DNA of 64,000 nucleotides from Octopus vulgaris (lineage: Eukaryota), in the NCBI GenBank assembly GCA_951406725.2, contig OX597839.1:31124001-31188000 (forward strand), in the 5' to 3' direction. Position numbers and translations under genes: made by a program. Below, piece by piece: positions 34,191-46,241 of this stretch (within the stretch, counting starts at the first letter, position 1; every line of letters begins with the position of its first letter). The notes below the pieces were generated by a model. The model was not told the DNA's origin. It saw nothing but the letters and a program-made list of their open reading frames with translations, and searched no databases.

Positions 34191-37100
34191 AAACTATTAC
34201 TATTATCATCATCATCATCATCATCGCAAGCACCCACCTGCCACGTTGTGGGACTGGCTCGAATGAATGAGTTTCGCAGAATTTATGTTGTGTTTGGATT
34301 GTTGGTTATAAAGACGGGACAGATGGCAGCTGGGATTGGGGTTGAGGGGAGGGGAAATGCATACAGATGCATGTGTAAGCAGCACTATGCACACATATGG
34401 GTTTATGTGCAGTGTTGCAGTGCAAGCCAGCTGCACATTAAAGACATGGGAGAGGGGGTGCAGTTAAAATTATGCATATAAAATATCTTGTGTATATGTG
34501 TGTGTGTCAGTGTGTATATATATGGGTGTGTATATATATGTGAAAAACGGATGGGTGTACATGTGTAGAAGCTACGATTAACTGGAACACTCAGCTGGTT
34601 ATGGTGATAAGGGTTCCAGTTGATCCGATCAACAGAACAGCCTGCTTGTGAAATTAACATACAAGTGGCTGAGTGCTCCACAGACATGTTCTCAGGGAGA
34701 TTCAATGTGACAAAGAATGTGACAAGGCTGGCTGGACCCCTTTGAATTACATGTACGACTCATTTCTGATTGAGCTGAATGGACTGGAGCAATAAAGTGT
34801 CTTGCTCAAGGGCATAATGTGCTGCTGGGTATTGAACTCACAACCTTGCAGTTGTGAGCTGAACACCCTGACCACTAAGCCAAGCACCTTCACACACACA
34901 CGATTAAACGCAGAGAATAAATGTCTGTGTGAGAAGGAGTGTTCTGAGAGCATAGAAAACTGGTGAAGAACTGGACAAAGTTTTGGAGAAGCAGCAAGGG
35001 CGAGGGTTAGAGTAAAACTTCTACCTTCAAGGTCAGTAAATTATAATAATTTTTTCTAATTTTTGGTACTTATTTTATCAACCTCTCTCCCAAAAGGATG
35101 AAAGGCAAAGCCAACCTCGGCTGCATTTGAACTCAGAACGTAAAGAACAAGAAGAAAAGCATTTTGCCCAGTGAGACAATGATTCTGTCAGCCTTTGCCT
35201 TAAGCTAAACTCAAATAATAATAAAAATATAAATTTATGATGACGACGATGGTGGTGATTATTATTATTATTATTAAAGTGGCAAGCCGGCAGAATTGTT
35301 ACCATGCTGAGCAACATTTTGTCCATCTTTACGTTCTGAGTTCAAATTCTGCTGAGGTCGACTTTATCTTTCATCCTTTCTGAGTTGATAAATTCAGTAC
35401 CAGTTGAGCACTAGGGTCGATGTAACTGACTTACCCTCTCCCCCCCAAAATTGTGGTCTTATGCTTGTGTTTCCCAGGTGTCGGGGTTGATGATTATGAA
35501 GATGATGATGATGGTGGTGGTGGTGGTGGTAATGACCAACTAATTGACTAATAAAACAAAATCAGTTAAGATTCTAAACTGTGAGATCTTTCTGCCAGTT
35601 TTTCCCTCAAAGACGATATCCAATAATTTGAAATTGTCAAAAATCAATAAATATTAAACAAAAAATTACAATATCAATATCAGATTATCTCTGTGTTAAA
35701 TTGGAAATAAAGAGGAGAATTTTATTTTATGCACACACACACACACACACACACTTGGTACTCATAAACACATTTAGTGTAAGGTGTATAAATGTGTGTG
35801 TGTGTGTGTGTAACTCTTGATATGTTAAATAAATGGAATTTACAAAGGTAAAAATGGAAATTTAATGTTTTTTTTTTTTATGCAGCTTGATTGTAATGGT
35901 GGAACAGTTCCATGAATGTGCATGTGTGTGTCTGTATGTCTATGTACGTATGTGTGTGTCTGTAAACATGAATGTATGTACATGTGTATATGTGCTTGTA
36001 TGCACATTTGTGTGTGTGTATCTGTGGGTATGCTTATGTACATCTGTGTGTGTGAAATGGGACAAAAATTAATAACATAAATAATAATAATAATAATAGT
36101 TGGCACCAGAAGAAACTCGTGTAGAACAGATCAAAAGAAAGAGTTGTTAACAAGCCTCACCCCCCCATCAGTCTCACCTCCACCTCCTCCTCCTCCTCCT
36201 AACACTACCATGTTCATAGAACAGATTAAGGAGAGGGTGGGGAGGAGAGGGGTGGCCGTGGGTAGGTGGTGGGGGGACGAGCAGAAGAGCGGGGGAGGGT
36301 GAAATGTGTGTGTGTGTGAGTGAGTGCACCGATGTGTAAGTACTATACATGAATGCATGCATATGTTGAGATTTAAGTGTGTGTGTGTGTGTGTGTGTGT
36401 GCGTGCGTGCGCAGTGTAAAAGTATGAGACAGCTGCACATTAAAAACATCACACGTGAAGGGAGGAGGAGGTGGGGAGTGGTGCGTATTTAAATCTGATG
36501 CTGGAGTATGAATGGAAAATAGTGTGTGTGTGTGTGTGTGTGTATGCGTGCAGATGCTACAACAGTATATATAGATATACTTACTTACATATACATATAT
36601 ATACTTACATATACATATATATATATATATATACTTACATATACATATATATACTTACATATACATATATACACACACACACACACACAGTGTAGACCTG
36701 CTACCCGGTGTTGCCCAGCAAATAATGCATCGAATTCTTTTCCAGTCTGTTGATTGGGAATAGATGCTACTTGAGTATATGTCTAATCTAACTTCTGGAT
36801 TTCTTTAACTGGTTCTATCCAAATACTAGTAATAATAGCAATCTCTGCATGTGCGTGTGTGTGTCATATATATATCTATTTCTTTACTACCCACAAGGGG
36901 CTAAGCATAGAAGGGACAAACGGATTAAGTCGATTATATCGACCCCGAAAGGATGAAAGGCAAAGTCGACCTCAGCAGAATTTGAACTCAGAACATAACG
37001 ACAGACGAAATACCGCGAAGCATTTCGCCCGGCGCGCTAACGTTTCTGCCAGCTCGCCACCCTATGTGTCATATATATATATCGCTAGTTTCGCTTCATT

Positions 37101-37869
37101 CATGGGGCAGTTGCCTACCCTGTCAGTATATATAAATGTACAGTTACATAGATATAAGTGGTTTAACTGTTATTTCTAGCAATATATGTGCTTGTGGCAG
37201 AAGCAATCCCAATTACAGCTTATATTGCACCCCACTACTCACATTAATTTGATGTGTGTGTGACTGGCTCCAGTAGATTTTATAGGCATATAAACAAGGA
37301 ATGTATTGTAGTGACTGTGTAAGAAATATACAGGGGCAGACATCTACTGATAAATAGGGGTGCATAAAGAAAGAGAAGGGTATGCCATCACTAAGCGGGG
37401 AGCACATGTCCCATACAGAAGAACGTGTAGGTCACCGATAATAAAAAAACTGTAAGTTGGTGATGGTGAAATACGTCTGTGAGAGACAAGGATCCAGAAC
37501 CAAGCATCTCTTCAGTTTTTTACAATCCTGGAGAGGAATTACAAATGTCAGGCAAAAGAGACAGGTGATGAGTAGAAAATATTTTTCTTCACACTTGACT
37601 GAAGCTCCAGTTAAAAAAAGATGCTGAAATTTGATAATGCACAAGAGTAAGGAGAAGACAAGGATAGCTACATCATCTGCCTCGTTTCACATTCACTATG
37701 TACACACACACACACACACACACACAAAGCTGTACATGTGTGTGTGTGTAGTATGATGAATAGAGCTATCACTCGCTAAGATTACGAAATACTGGACTTT
37801 ATTTAGTTTCGTCTCCCTTCTCGCAGCAGTCCTATAACTCTCAAGTTGATTCAATAAATCCCAGTAGTA

Positions 37870-38291
37870 TACTCTTTTTACTCTTTTTACTCTTTACTCT
37901 TTTACTTGTTTCAGTCATTTGACTGCGGCCATGCTGGAGCACCGCCTTTTAGTCGAGCAAATCGACCCCGGGACTTATTCTTTGTAAGCCCAGTACTTAT
38001 TCTAGCGCTCTCTTTTGCCGAACCACTAAGTGACGGGGACGTAAACACACCAGCATCGGTAGTCAAGCAATGCTAGGGGGACAACCACAGACACACAAAC
38101 ACACATATATATATATATACATATATACGACAGGCTTCTTTCAGTTTCCGTCTACCAAATCCACTCACAAGGCATTGGTCGGCCCGGAGCTATAGCAGAA
38201 GACACTTGCCCAAGATGCCACGCAGTGGGACTGAACCCGCAACCATGTGGTTGGTTAGCAAGCTACTTACCACACAGCTACTCCTGCGCCT
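37870..38291 (-). mobile_element. tRNA-derived SINE family A, full-length low-divergence copy
   Basis: Head GGCGCAGGAGTAGCTGTGTGGTAAG with A/B boxes (GGTTCAGTCCC), TTGGGCAAGTGTCTTC core, internal (TA)/(CA) tract, 3' hairpin CAGTC-AAAT-GACTG and (GTAAAAGA)n tail; more than 15 related copies in window. Confidence 0.85.
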
Positions 38292-39147
38292 ATCTATGGG
38301 GGACTACACTAACCTACAACTATTTCAGGATGCATAAATAACTAATTCATATAGAAACACATATAAATGTATGAAATACGTGTGTGTGTGTGAGATCATC
38401 ATTTAATGTCTGCTTTCCCTGCTGGCATGGGTTGGACAGTTTGACATGGAGCCGTCCAGACTCCATTGCCTGTTGTGGCAGGCTTTCTACAGTTGGATGC
38501 CCTTCCTAATGCCATATACATATGGCGTCAGAATGAAGCATCAGTTGTGTAGAGAGCAGTAATAAGGAATAAGAAATTATGGCATGTAAGGGACTTCACT
38601 AGCTTACAGTTGTTTCTGCTATAAGACTCATGGTTGTAACACTAAGCACTGGTGGTTGAGTATCTGGAGCTTCAAAAATGAAGCACAATTTTATTTGAGG
38701 AAACACACACACAGAGAAAAGCATTACGAAATTTGCTATTGAAGCTCCAATAAAGCTATAGCTTGTGATAACACATGCCTTCAATAATAAGGGCATTGCA
38801 TCTCAAAGTAGAAACAGATGTAAACTAATGAAGCTCTTGGCATAATTTCTTGTTCTTGTAATTCCTTATAACTGCTCTACACTTAACTGACACTTCATTT
38901 TGAAACACACGTAATACAGAGTGCGGACACCAGGTTATTAGTATCGTCATGCCAGAGTGAGATAATCCTTTCTATTAGAGGCACAAGGTCTGAAACTTGG
39001 CAGGAGAGGGACAGTCAATTAGATCGACCCCAGTACACAACTGGTACTTAATTCATCCTCAAAGGATGAAAGGCAAAGTTGGCCTCGGCAGAATTTGAAC
39101 TCAGAATGCCGGAGTGAAATAATAACATATGTGGTTTTTTTTCTACC

Positions 39148-39547
39148 TTTCACTTGTTTCTGTCATGACACTGCGGCCAGGCTGGAGCACCACCTTCAGG
39201 AATGTTTTAGTTGAAGTAACTGACCCCAGTACTTATTTTCTTTTCAAACCTGGCACTTATTCTATCAGTCTCTTTTGCCAAACTGCTAAGTTACAGCAAC
39301 ATAAACACATAAACACTGGTTGTCAATTGGTGGGGGGAGGGGACAAACACAAGACACACATGCACAGATATATATATATATATATCTAACAGGCTTCTCT
39401 CAGTTTCCATTTACCAAATCCCCTCACAAGGCTTTTGTTGACCTGAAGCTATAGAAAATGACAGTTGCTCAAGATGATATGCTATGGAATTGAACCCAGG
39501 ACCATGTAGTTGGAAAGCAAATTTCTTACCACACAGCAGCGCCTGCA
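39148..39547 (-). mobile_element. SINE family A copy
   Basis: Colinear with family A consensus. Confidence 0.8.
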
Positions 39548-41071
39548 CTTGTGTGTGTGTGTGTGTACATGCGTGTATGCATAAATGAAGGAATCTATTT
39601 AAATTATAAAATATTTTAAGACAAAACAAGTCTTCCAATTCCCAGAGAAATTCTTCTGAATATATCAATTCTAAGACATGGAAGTTTACAAAGAATTAAA
39701 AACAAAAAAAAAAGCCATTCCTTTCACACGCCTCACTTTGCAATATAAAAAGGATTATCGTTATTTTTGTATAATTCCGGGGTGGAGTGGGGGGAGGGCT
39801 GCAGGAAGAATTCATAAGATTTCAAGAAAGGATAGACATCAAATTGGATTCTAGTTACCATCTCCAGACCAATAAGAACATAAAGCCCTGTAGTCTAGTA
39901 CCGTATAATTAGCACTTGTTAATTATAGTTCATTCCACATTGCTCAGAACATATAGGCTTGTTTATAGTAACACATGGACCTAGTTAGAAGTCAACAACC
40001 TTGGTGAGATAGGGTAATGGCACGGAGTCTGTTCAGCAGAGATGAAGATAGAGTTCCCACTTATTGAAGATAACCGATTTTATGCGAAGCAGAGACATCT
40101 GTTGAAAATATTTTATTGACACCATGAGGTTTGGTAAAAATTTGTGTGTGCGTATATATGTGTATGTGTGTGTGTATTTATAGGTACGCACACACACACA
40201 CATATATATATATATATTTTACTTGTTTCAATCGTCAGACCATGGCCATGCTGGATCACTGCTTTGAAGAATTTTAGTTGAATGAATCAACCCCAATACT
40301 AATTTTTTTTTTAAGCCTAGTACTTTATTGCTTCAGTCTCTTTTACTGAATTATGGGGATGTAAACAAACGAATACAGGGGGGGGGAAAGAAACACAGAC
40401 ACACATACAAAAAGCTTCTTTCAGTTTCTGTACACCAAATCTATTCACAAATCTTTGGTTGGTCCAGGGTTATAGTTGATGATACTTGCCCAAGGTGTAA
40501 CACAGTAGGACTGAACTTAGAACCACGTGCATGTGTGTATATATATAAACATGCATATATTCATACATGTATAAGTGCATATAAATATACAAGTATAATA
40601 AACAAACAAGCGAGGCATTTCATTTGCCACATGACAGCATGTATAGAGATGTATTCTTTGCAGACGTTCTCTGTGAATCTTTACATTCTTCTACAGAATC
40701 CTACTTGAAATCCTGCTCCATTCCAGATGTGGCTCAAGCAGTGGAATCCTTTTTTTATTAACACAACTAACTGTAACATGTAGGATGAACCACTTCAAAC
40801 AACCACATTAAAAGTATATGCATATGTGCCCACATGGGCCTATGCATTTTTTTTTTTGTGGTTTCACTCATTGACTTCAGCCATCCTGGACCATCACTTT
40901 GAAGGGTTTCAGTCAAACGAATCCATCCCAGTAAATGTCTTTAAGCCTGAAAGTTATTCTATCAACCCATTGTGCTGAACCGATAAGCCATGGGGACACA
41001 GACAAACCAACACCAGTTGTCAAGTGGTGATAGGGGGCAAATACATGCACATTGTGGTGGGGTGTCGGTGT

Positions 41072-41700
41072 GATCATCATTTAATGTCCGTTGTCCATGC
41101 CGGCATGGGTTGGACAGTTTGACCAGAGCTGGAAGGTTACACCAGGCTCCAGTCTGATTTGGCATGGGTTTCTATGGCTGGATGCCCTTCTTAATACCAA
41201 CCACTCCGAGATTGTAATGGGTGCTTTTACATGCCACCAGCTAGGGTGCCCTTTGTGTGACACCAGGGTTTTTTTTTTAATGTGCCACTGGCATGGGTGC
41301 CAGTTTGCATGAAACCAGTATGTGCCACGACTGATTTTGCTCGGCTTGATGGGTCTTCTTCTTTCAAGCACGACATAATGCCAAACGTCTTGGTCATTAC
41401 CTCCACGAGGCCTAATACTCAAAAGGAACTCAGCCACTTTGCCTCTGTGAGGTCCGACACTTGAAAGATGTCCCTTACATGCCACCAGCATGAGTGCACT
41501 TGGCTTGACGGGTCTTCTCAAGTACAGCATCATGCCATAGATCTCAGTCATTAGTCATTGCCTCTGTGAAGCTCAAAGTTCAAAGATCATGCTTCATTAT
41601 TTCGTCCTATGTCTTCCTGGGTCTACCTCTACCACAGGTTCCCTCCACAGTTAGACATCAGCAATTCTTTACACAGCTGTCCTCATCCATATGCATCATA
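41072..41700 (-). mobile_element. family C element (RTE-related ends), long copy; similar long copy at 47757-48090
   Basis: AAGGGCATCCAGC...GAAAC motif plus GGACATTAAATGATGAT tail; short copies at about 6.9, 9.0, 17.3, 19.3, 28.1, 31.0, 38.4, 45.7, 56.0, 57.0 and 63.4 kb. Confidence 0.7.
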
Positions 41701-42297
41701 TGGGTTTCATTCAGTTTCCGTCCACCAAATCCACTTACAAGACCTTGGTTGGCCCAGGGTTATAATAAGAGACCTGGAATCGTGTTTTGGAAGCAAACTG
41801 CTTGCCACACAATCACGCCCACGCCACGCACACACACACACACACGTTCACTATTTAAGCATTGGGGAACTTCGTGAAAAACAGAAAAGGAAAAAAAAAT
41901 AAGGTAAAAAAAACAGAAAATTAAAGAAAAAAATAAAAGAACAGCAAAAAAAATCTGGAGTCCATTTTATTATCGAATCGTTTGTAAAGCAACTCTGGTT
42001 CCGACCAGTTTAATAATTTTTAATTAAGCAAGTACAGGTTAATTAAAACAGGCTAGTGTGGAGCTCTTCTATTATGAAGTCAAATATAGTCTCGGCGACT
42101 AAAGATAACTTTCCAATAAAAGAGCTTTTTTTAAACACTTCCGGGGAAATAAAAATATGGATTTAAAAAAAAAAAAAAGAATAATATCGGTAAAAATAAT
42201 GATTAATATTAAAAAAGGAACCCAATATTTTTAATAGCGAAAGGCTGTCACCGAATTCAATATTTTTTGGTAATTATTACGGATCGACAACATTCAC

Positions 42298-42346
42298 CTT
42301 TGAATAACCAAGTTGTCTTAATAATCCTAATATACGTACACACACT
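42298..42346 (-). promoter_or_regulatory. candidate non-coding first exon 1b of vigilin
   Basis: Initiator-like CGCCAGT after a (CT)n tract, no ATG, donor AAG|GTGAAT, in a CpG-retaining zone. Confidence 0.4.
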
Positions 42347-42566
42347 GGCGAGAGAGAGAGAGAGTGCGTCGAACAAATTGGCCAGCAATAGTAATTATTC
42401 CGGCTCAATCCGTTTTAAGTTCCAATGTTGTCAAGATCAGCGTTGGCTTTCGTCTTTCCCGGGGGTCCATAAAGTATCTGTCCACTTATGTTATCGATTA
42501 TTCAACCACTACCCCCCCCCCCACTTGGTTGTATGGAGGATTGTTGAGCGAGCAGCAGCTTCTCAC

Positions 42567-42640
42567 CTGGCAATGAACGTTGCCCACAAAATTGTCCAGA
42601 AAACGAAATCAGAGAACAGGTTGGGTGAGGAGGAGAGACT
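42567..42640 (-). promoter_or_regulatory. candidate non-coding first exon 1a of vigilin
   Basis: Initiator-like CGCCAGT, pyrimidine-rich, no ATG, strong donor CAG|GTGAGA. Confidence 0.45.
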
Positions 42641-43584
42641 GGCGTAGCACAAAGCACGAATCTGTGTGTGTACGGTTGGTTGTAGTTGAATTGTAGCACG
42701 ACTTGTGATCCATACTTGGATTTATCTAATCGTTTGAATTAGAGAAACGAGGCAGGTTCAGGATGATCGCTCGAACTTCTAGAAATAGCAGTCAAATTCC
42801 CCCTCCCATCCAAATTACAGATCGCAGACATTAAAGTAGGACGACGTCTACTGGAATTAATGAGTGACAGATCTGTTCAGTGGCAGGCCGAAACCGATAC
42901 ACCCGAATGTTGGGTGGAAGCGGCGACAGTGAGACAACCCAAGACGTACGACCGTCCTTCCCATATTTATTCTTACTTCATATATTGGATGTAAGGAGGG
43001 GGACCTCTACGTAGCATGCTAGAAACAACAACGAAATCTCCCTCAAATCACACACAATCTTGAAAATAAATAAGATGCAGAAAACATATTGAACCAAGTA
43101 GTCGTGGATATATAAACAAATCAAGATGGTCACTACTGGAACGTCTTTAGTCACGAGTCAGTTCAGAGTTGGGAGGGGGGTGGGTGAAGGGGGCTAAACA
43201 ATAACAGCACCTTACTGACGACAGACTGCGATTTCAGAGAATTTGGCTGCTATTTCTAGCACTCACTACGCCCGTTGGCTCTCACATGCATAAAGTAATG
43301 CGTGTGTGTGTATGTATGTAGATACGTATGTGCGTGCGTGTGTGTATGGAACAAGGAGTGTGGGGGGGACTGAACCATATGGTTGGTTTGTTACAAGGTG
43401 TCCGTACACAATGATTCTTTCTGATTTTGGCACAAAGCCAGCAATTTTAAGGAGATTGGGGAAAGTCATCGATTAGATCGACCCCAGTTTTTTGACAAGT
43501 CATCTGCTTTAATCGAACGAAAGGCAAAGTCGATCTCGGTGCCATTTCAACTCCGAACGTAAAGAGCTGCGTGTTTATATATAT

Positions 43585-43650
<66 letters not shown>

Positions 43651-44011
43651 GTATATATATATATATGTAATGTGGTACAATATTGTTGTATAACGTTTTA
43701 TATTTGATAATGCGTCGTACAAACAAAACAGCATTTAATACAGAAAATTTAGTGACAATATATATATATATTTTTAATGGGAGATTTATGTGTGTATGTA
43801 TGTGTATATATATAATAATAATTGTGTACAGTGCTCAGGTGCACTACAACTCATCTAAATATATGTGTGTGTGTGTTTGTGTGTATACATACATACACAC
43901 ACACACACAGTGTGTGGATAGGTGTGTATATATATACATACATTCTTTAATTCTTTTACTCGTTTCAGTCATTTGACTACGGCCATGCTGGAGCACTGCC
44001 TTTAGTCGATG

Positions 44012-44043
<32 letters not shown>

Positions 44044-44236
44044 GTGTTACACATAGACACGCATGAAGGTCACAAAGTGTTCGCTCGTCAATGAAGTCGT
44101 TGGTCACATATTGTGTACTTTGTGTGTGTCCACGAACACAAAACTTTACGAAAAATTATATTCAATGGCCTAGAAACACTGAATTGACAACGTTGACACT
44201 CTGAGTTTCGCGTTACTACATTCCGACTCGCCGTCT

Positions 44237-44547
44237 CTCACACACACACACACACACACACACGTCTATAGTCTCTCTCTCTCTCTCACACACACGTCTA
44301 TAGTCTCTCTCTCTCTCACACACACACGTCTATAGTCTCTCTCTTTCTCTCTCACACACACACGTCTATAGTCTCTCTCTCTCTCTCTCATACACACACA
44401 CACGTCTATAGTCTCTCTCTCTCTCTCATACACACGTCTATAGTCTCTCTCTTTCTCTCTCACACACACACGTCTATAGTCTCTCTCTTTCTCTCTCACA
44501 CACACACGTCTATAGTCTCTCTCTCATACACACACACACGTCTATAG

Positions 44548-44587
<40 letters not shown>

Positions 44588-44594
44588 GTCTATA
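44237..44594. repeat. compound minisatellite (CA)n-CGTCTATAGT-(CT)n x10
   Basis: Ten copies of CACGTCTATA counted directly. Confidence 0.95.
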
Positions 44595-44790
44595 TCGGCG
44601 GAAGTTTTAAGTCCGCTTGAAGTGTTTTGAAATATGTGAAATACAATAAAATGTGGAAAATTCCCGGAAAAAAAAAAAGAAACAAAAAAACGGAGAAATT
44701 CCAATTTAAGCGCGACATCTCTTCCGAAAATCCGTCTAAATATATACACACGCACATGTGTGCGCGTGTTTCTACGCTTTCATATATACA
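44593..44790. promoter_or_regulatory. CpG-rich promoter-like segment
   Basis: ETS-type GGCGGAAGT and CCCGGAA, several CpG/CGCG, no repeat body. Confidence 0.35.
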
Positions 44791-46206
44791 CCGACAGACA
44801 TGAGAGAGAGAGAGGAGGGGGAGTGTGTATGTGTGTGTGTGTGTGTGTGTTGTAATTCATGAATAAATTAAACGGGTGTAGCTCGAGTGAGAAAGTCCAA
44901 GGCGATCAGCTGTACCATGATACTATACAATCGTACGTGGCACAGTTATCAAGTCAAACCGCCACGTTTCAATATTTTATCTCAAATTACTCGTTGGTTC
45001 TGTTCTTAATTCTCAGCAGAACCACGTTTCGCAAACGGGAACAGTTCGTCCTTTTTCTTCAGACTGACTACAATTTTCATCAAGTGTAGTTTTTAAACAC
45101 CTAGAGTGAGATTTGAGTGATCTGGCTGCTATTTCTAGTGGGGAGAGCGGCCACGTAGACGCCATCATCGCTTCTGTTGTTTAACCCTAAGTATCGATGA
45201 TCGGTAAAACCTGATACACGCCAAAACGTGACCATCCCGGTTTATTTCCTCCCGGATAGTGAATCGTATTTCAGGTTATTTATTACTCAATCACTTTTAA
45301 GTCTTAACCAAGAAGACAACAAAAAACAAATCCAAATGATTTGGTGTCAGGGATCTGCTTTCCACACAACCAACTAGACACAACAGCCAAACTACCCACA
45401 AATAACATTCCATCGTCCTAGAAAAAAGAAGGGCATACCGGCCATTGTCATGAACCTAGATACACTGCATCTGAAAATACGATGGAAGGGATCATGGTTG
45501 GATTGTGTTTGAGCATAGCTCTGCTTCATCAGGACCTCCCTGGGGTAAAAAAACCCCAAAAAAACAGCTTATGAACCTCACGCAACCTCTTTCACTTGGC
45601 ACTGAATGAACCGTTCAAATTTTGTATGATGATGATGATTATCATCACCATCATTTAATGTCAGTTTTCCATGCTGGCATGAGTTGGACTGTTTGACAGG
45701 AGCTGACAAGGATGAAGGGCTGCCTCAGGCTCCAGTCGTCTGTTTTGGCATGGTCGCCATGGCTGGGTGCCCTTCCTGATGGCGAAAACTTTACAGTGAA
45801 CTAGGTGCTTTTTATATGGCACCACCACCACCAAGGTCACCAGGTTCCCATCTCTATTATTTCTGTCTCAGTATATTTGCTAGCTTTTTCCCAGCATCTT
45901 AATAATAGCACTGGCACCTCCAAGATTGAGTGGTCTCACTGTTAATGGTGCGAAACCATAATGATATTTTGGCTCATTGACTGACAAGGAAAAAACCCAG
46001 CTGTGAACATTTCCGTGTATCGTGTCTGTCTACCTTCCCTGACTGTTAGGTTTCCATCTAGTTTCCCCTTTGCTCTGCTTCAAACTTTTTCTCCTTGTTG
46101 CGTTCTGTCTGTTCAATCCTTGATACATCCATGTTGTGCAACACACACCATGTCAGTTTACTTTATACACACACATATATATACATGCTCACACAAACAC
46201 ATATAC

Positions 46207-46241
<35 letters not shown>

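Noticed and set aside
37900-37930. Family-A SINE tail (CAAATGA-CT-GAAAC-AA-GTA) resembling a collapsed hammerhead core
   Set aside because: Better explained as a CAGTC/GACTG 3' stem-loop plus tandem tail; the core is not CUGANGA in most copies and there is no stem I or II.
44237-44594. CRISPR-like repeat-spacer appearance
   Set aside because: Eukaryotic context, spacers are CA/CT microsatellite rather than unique sequence, and there are no cas genes.
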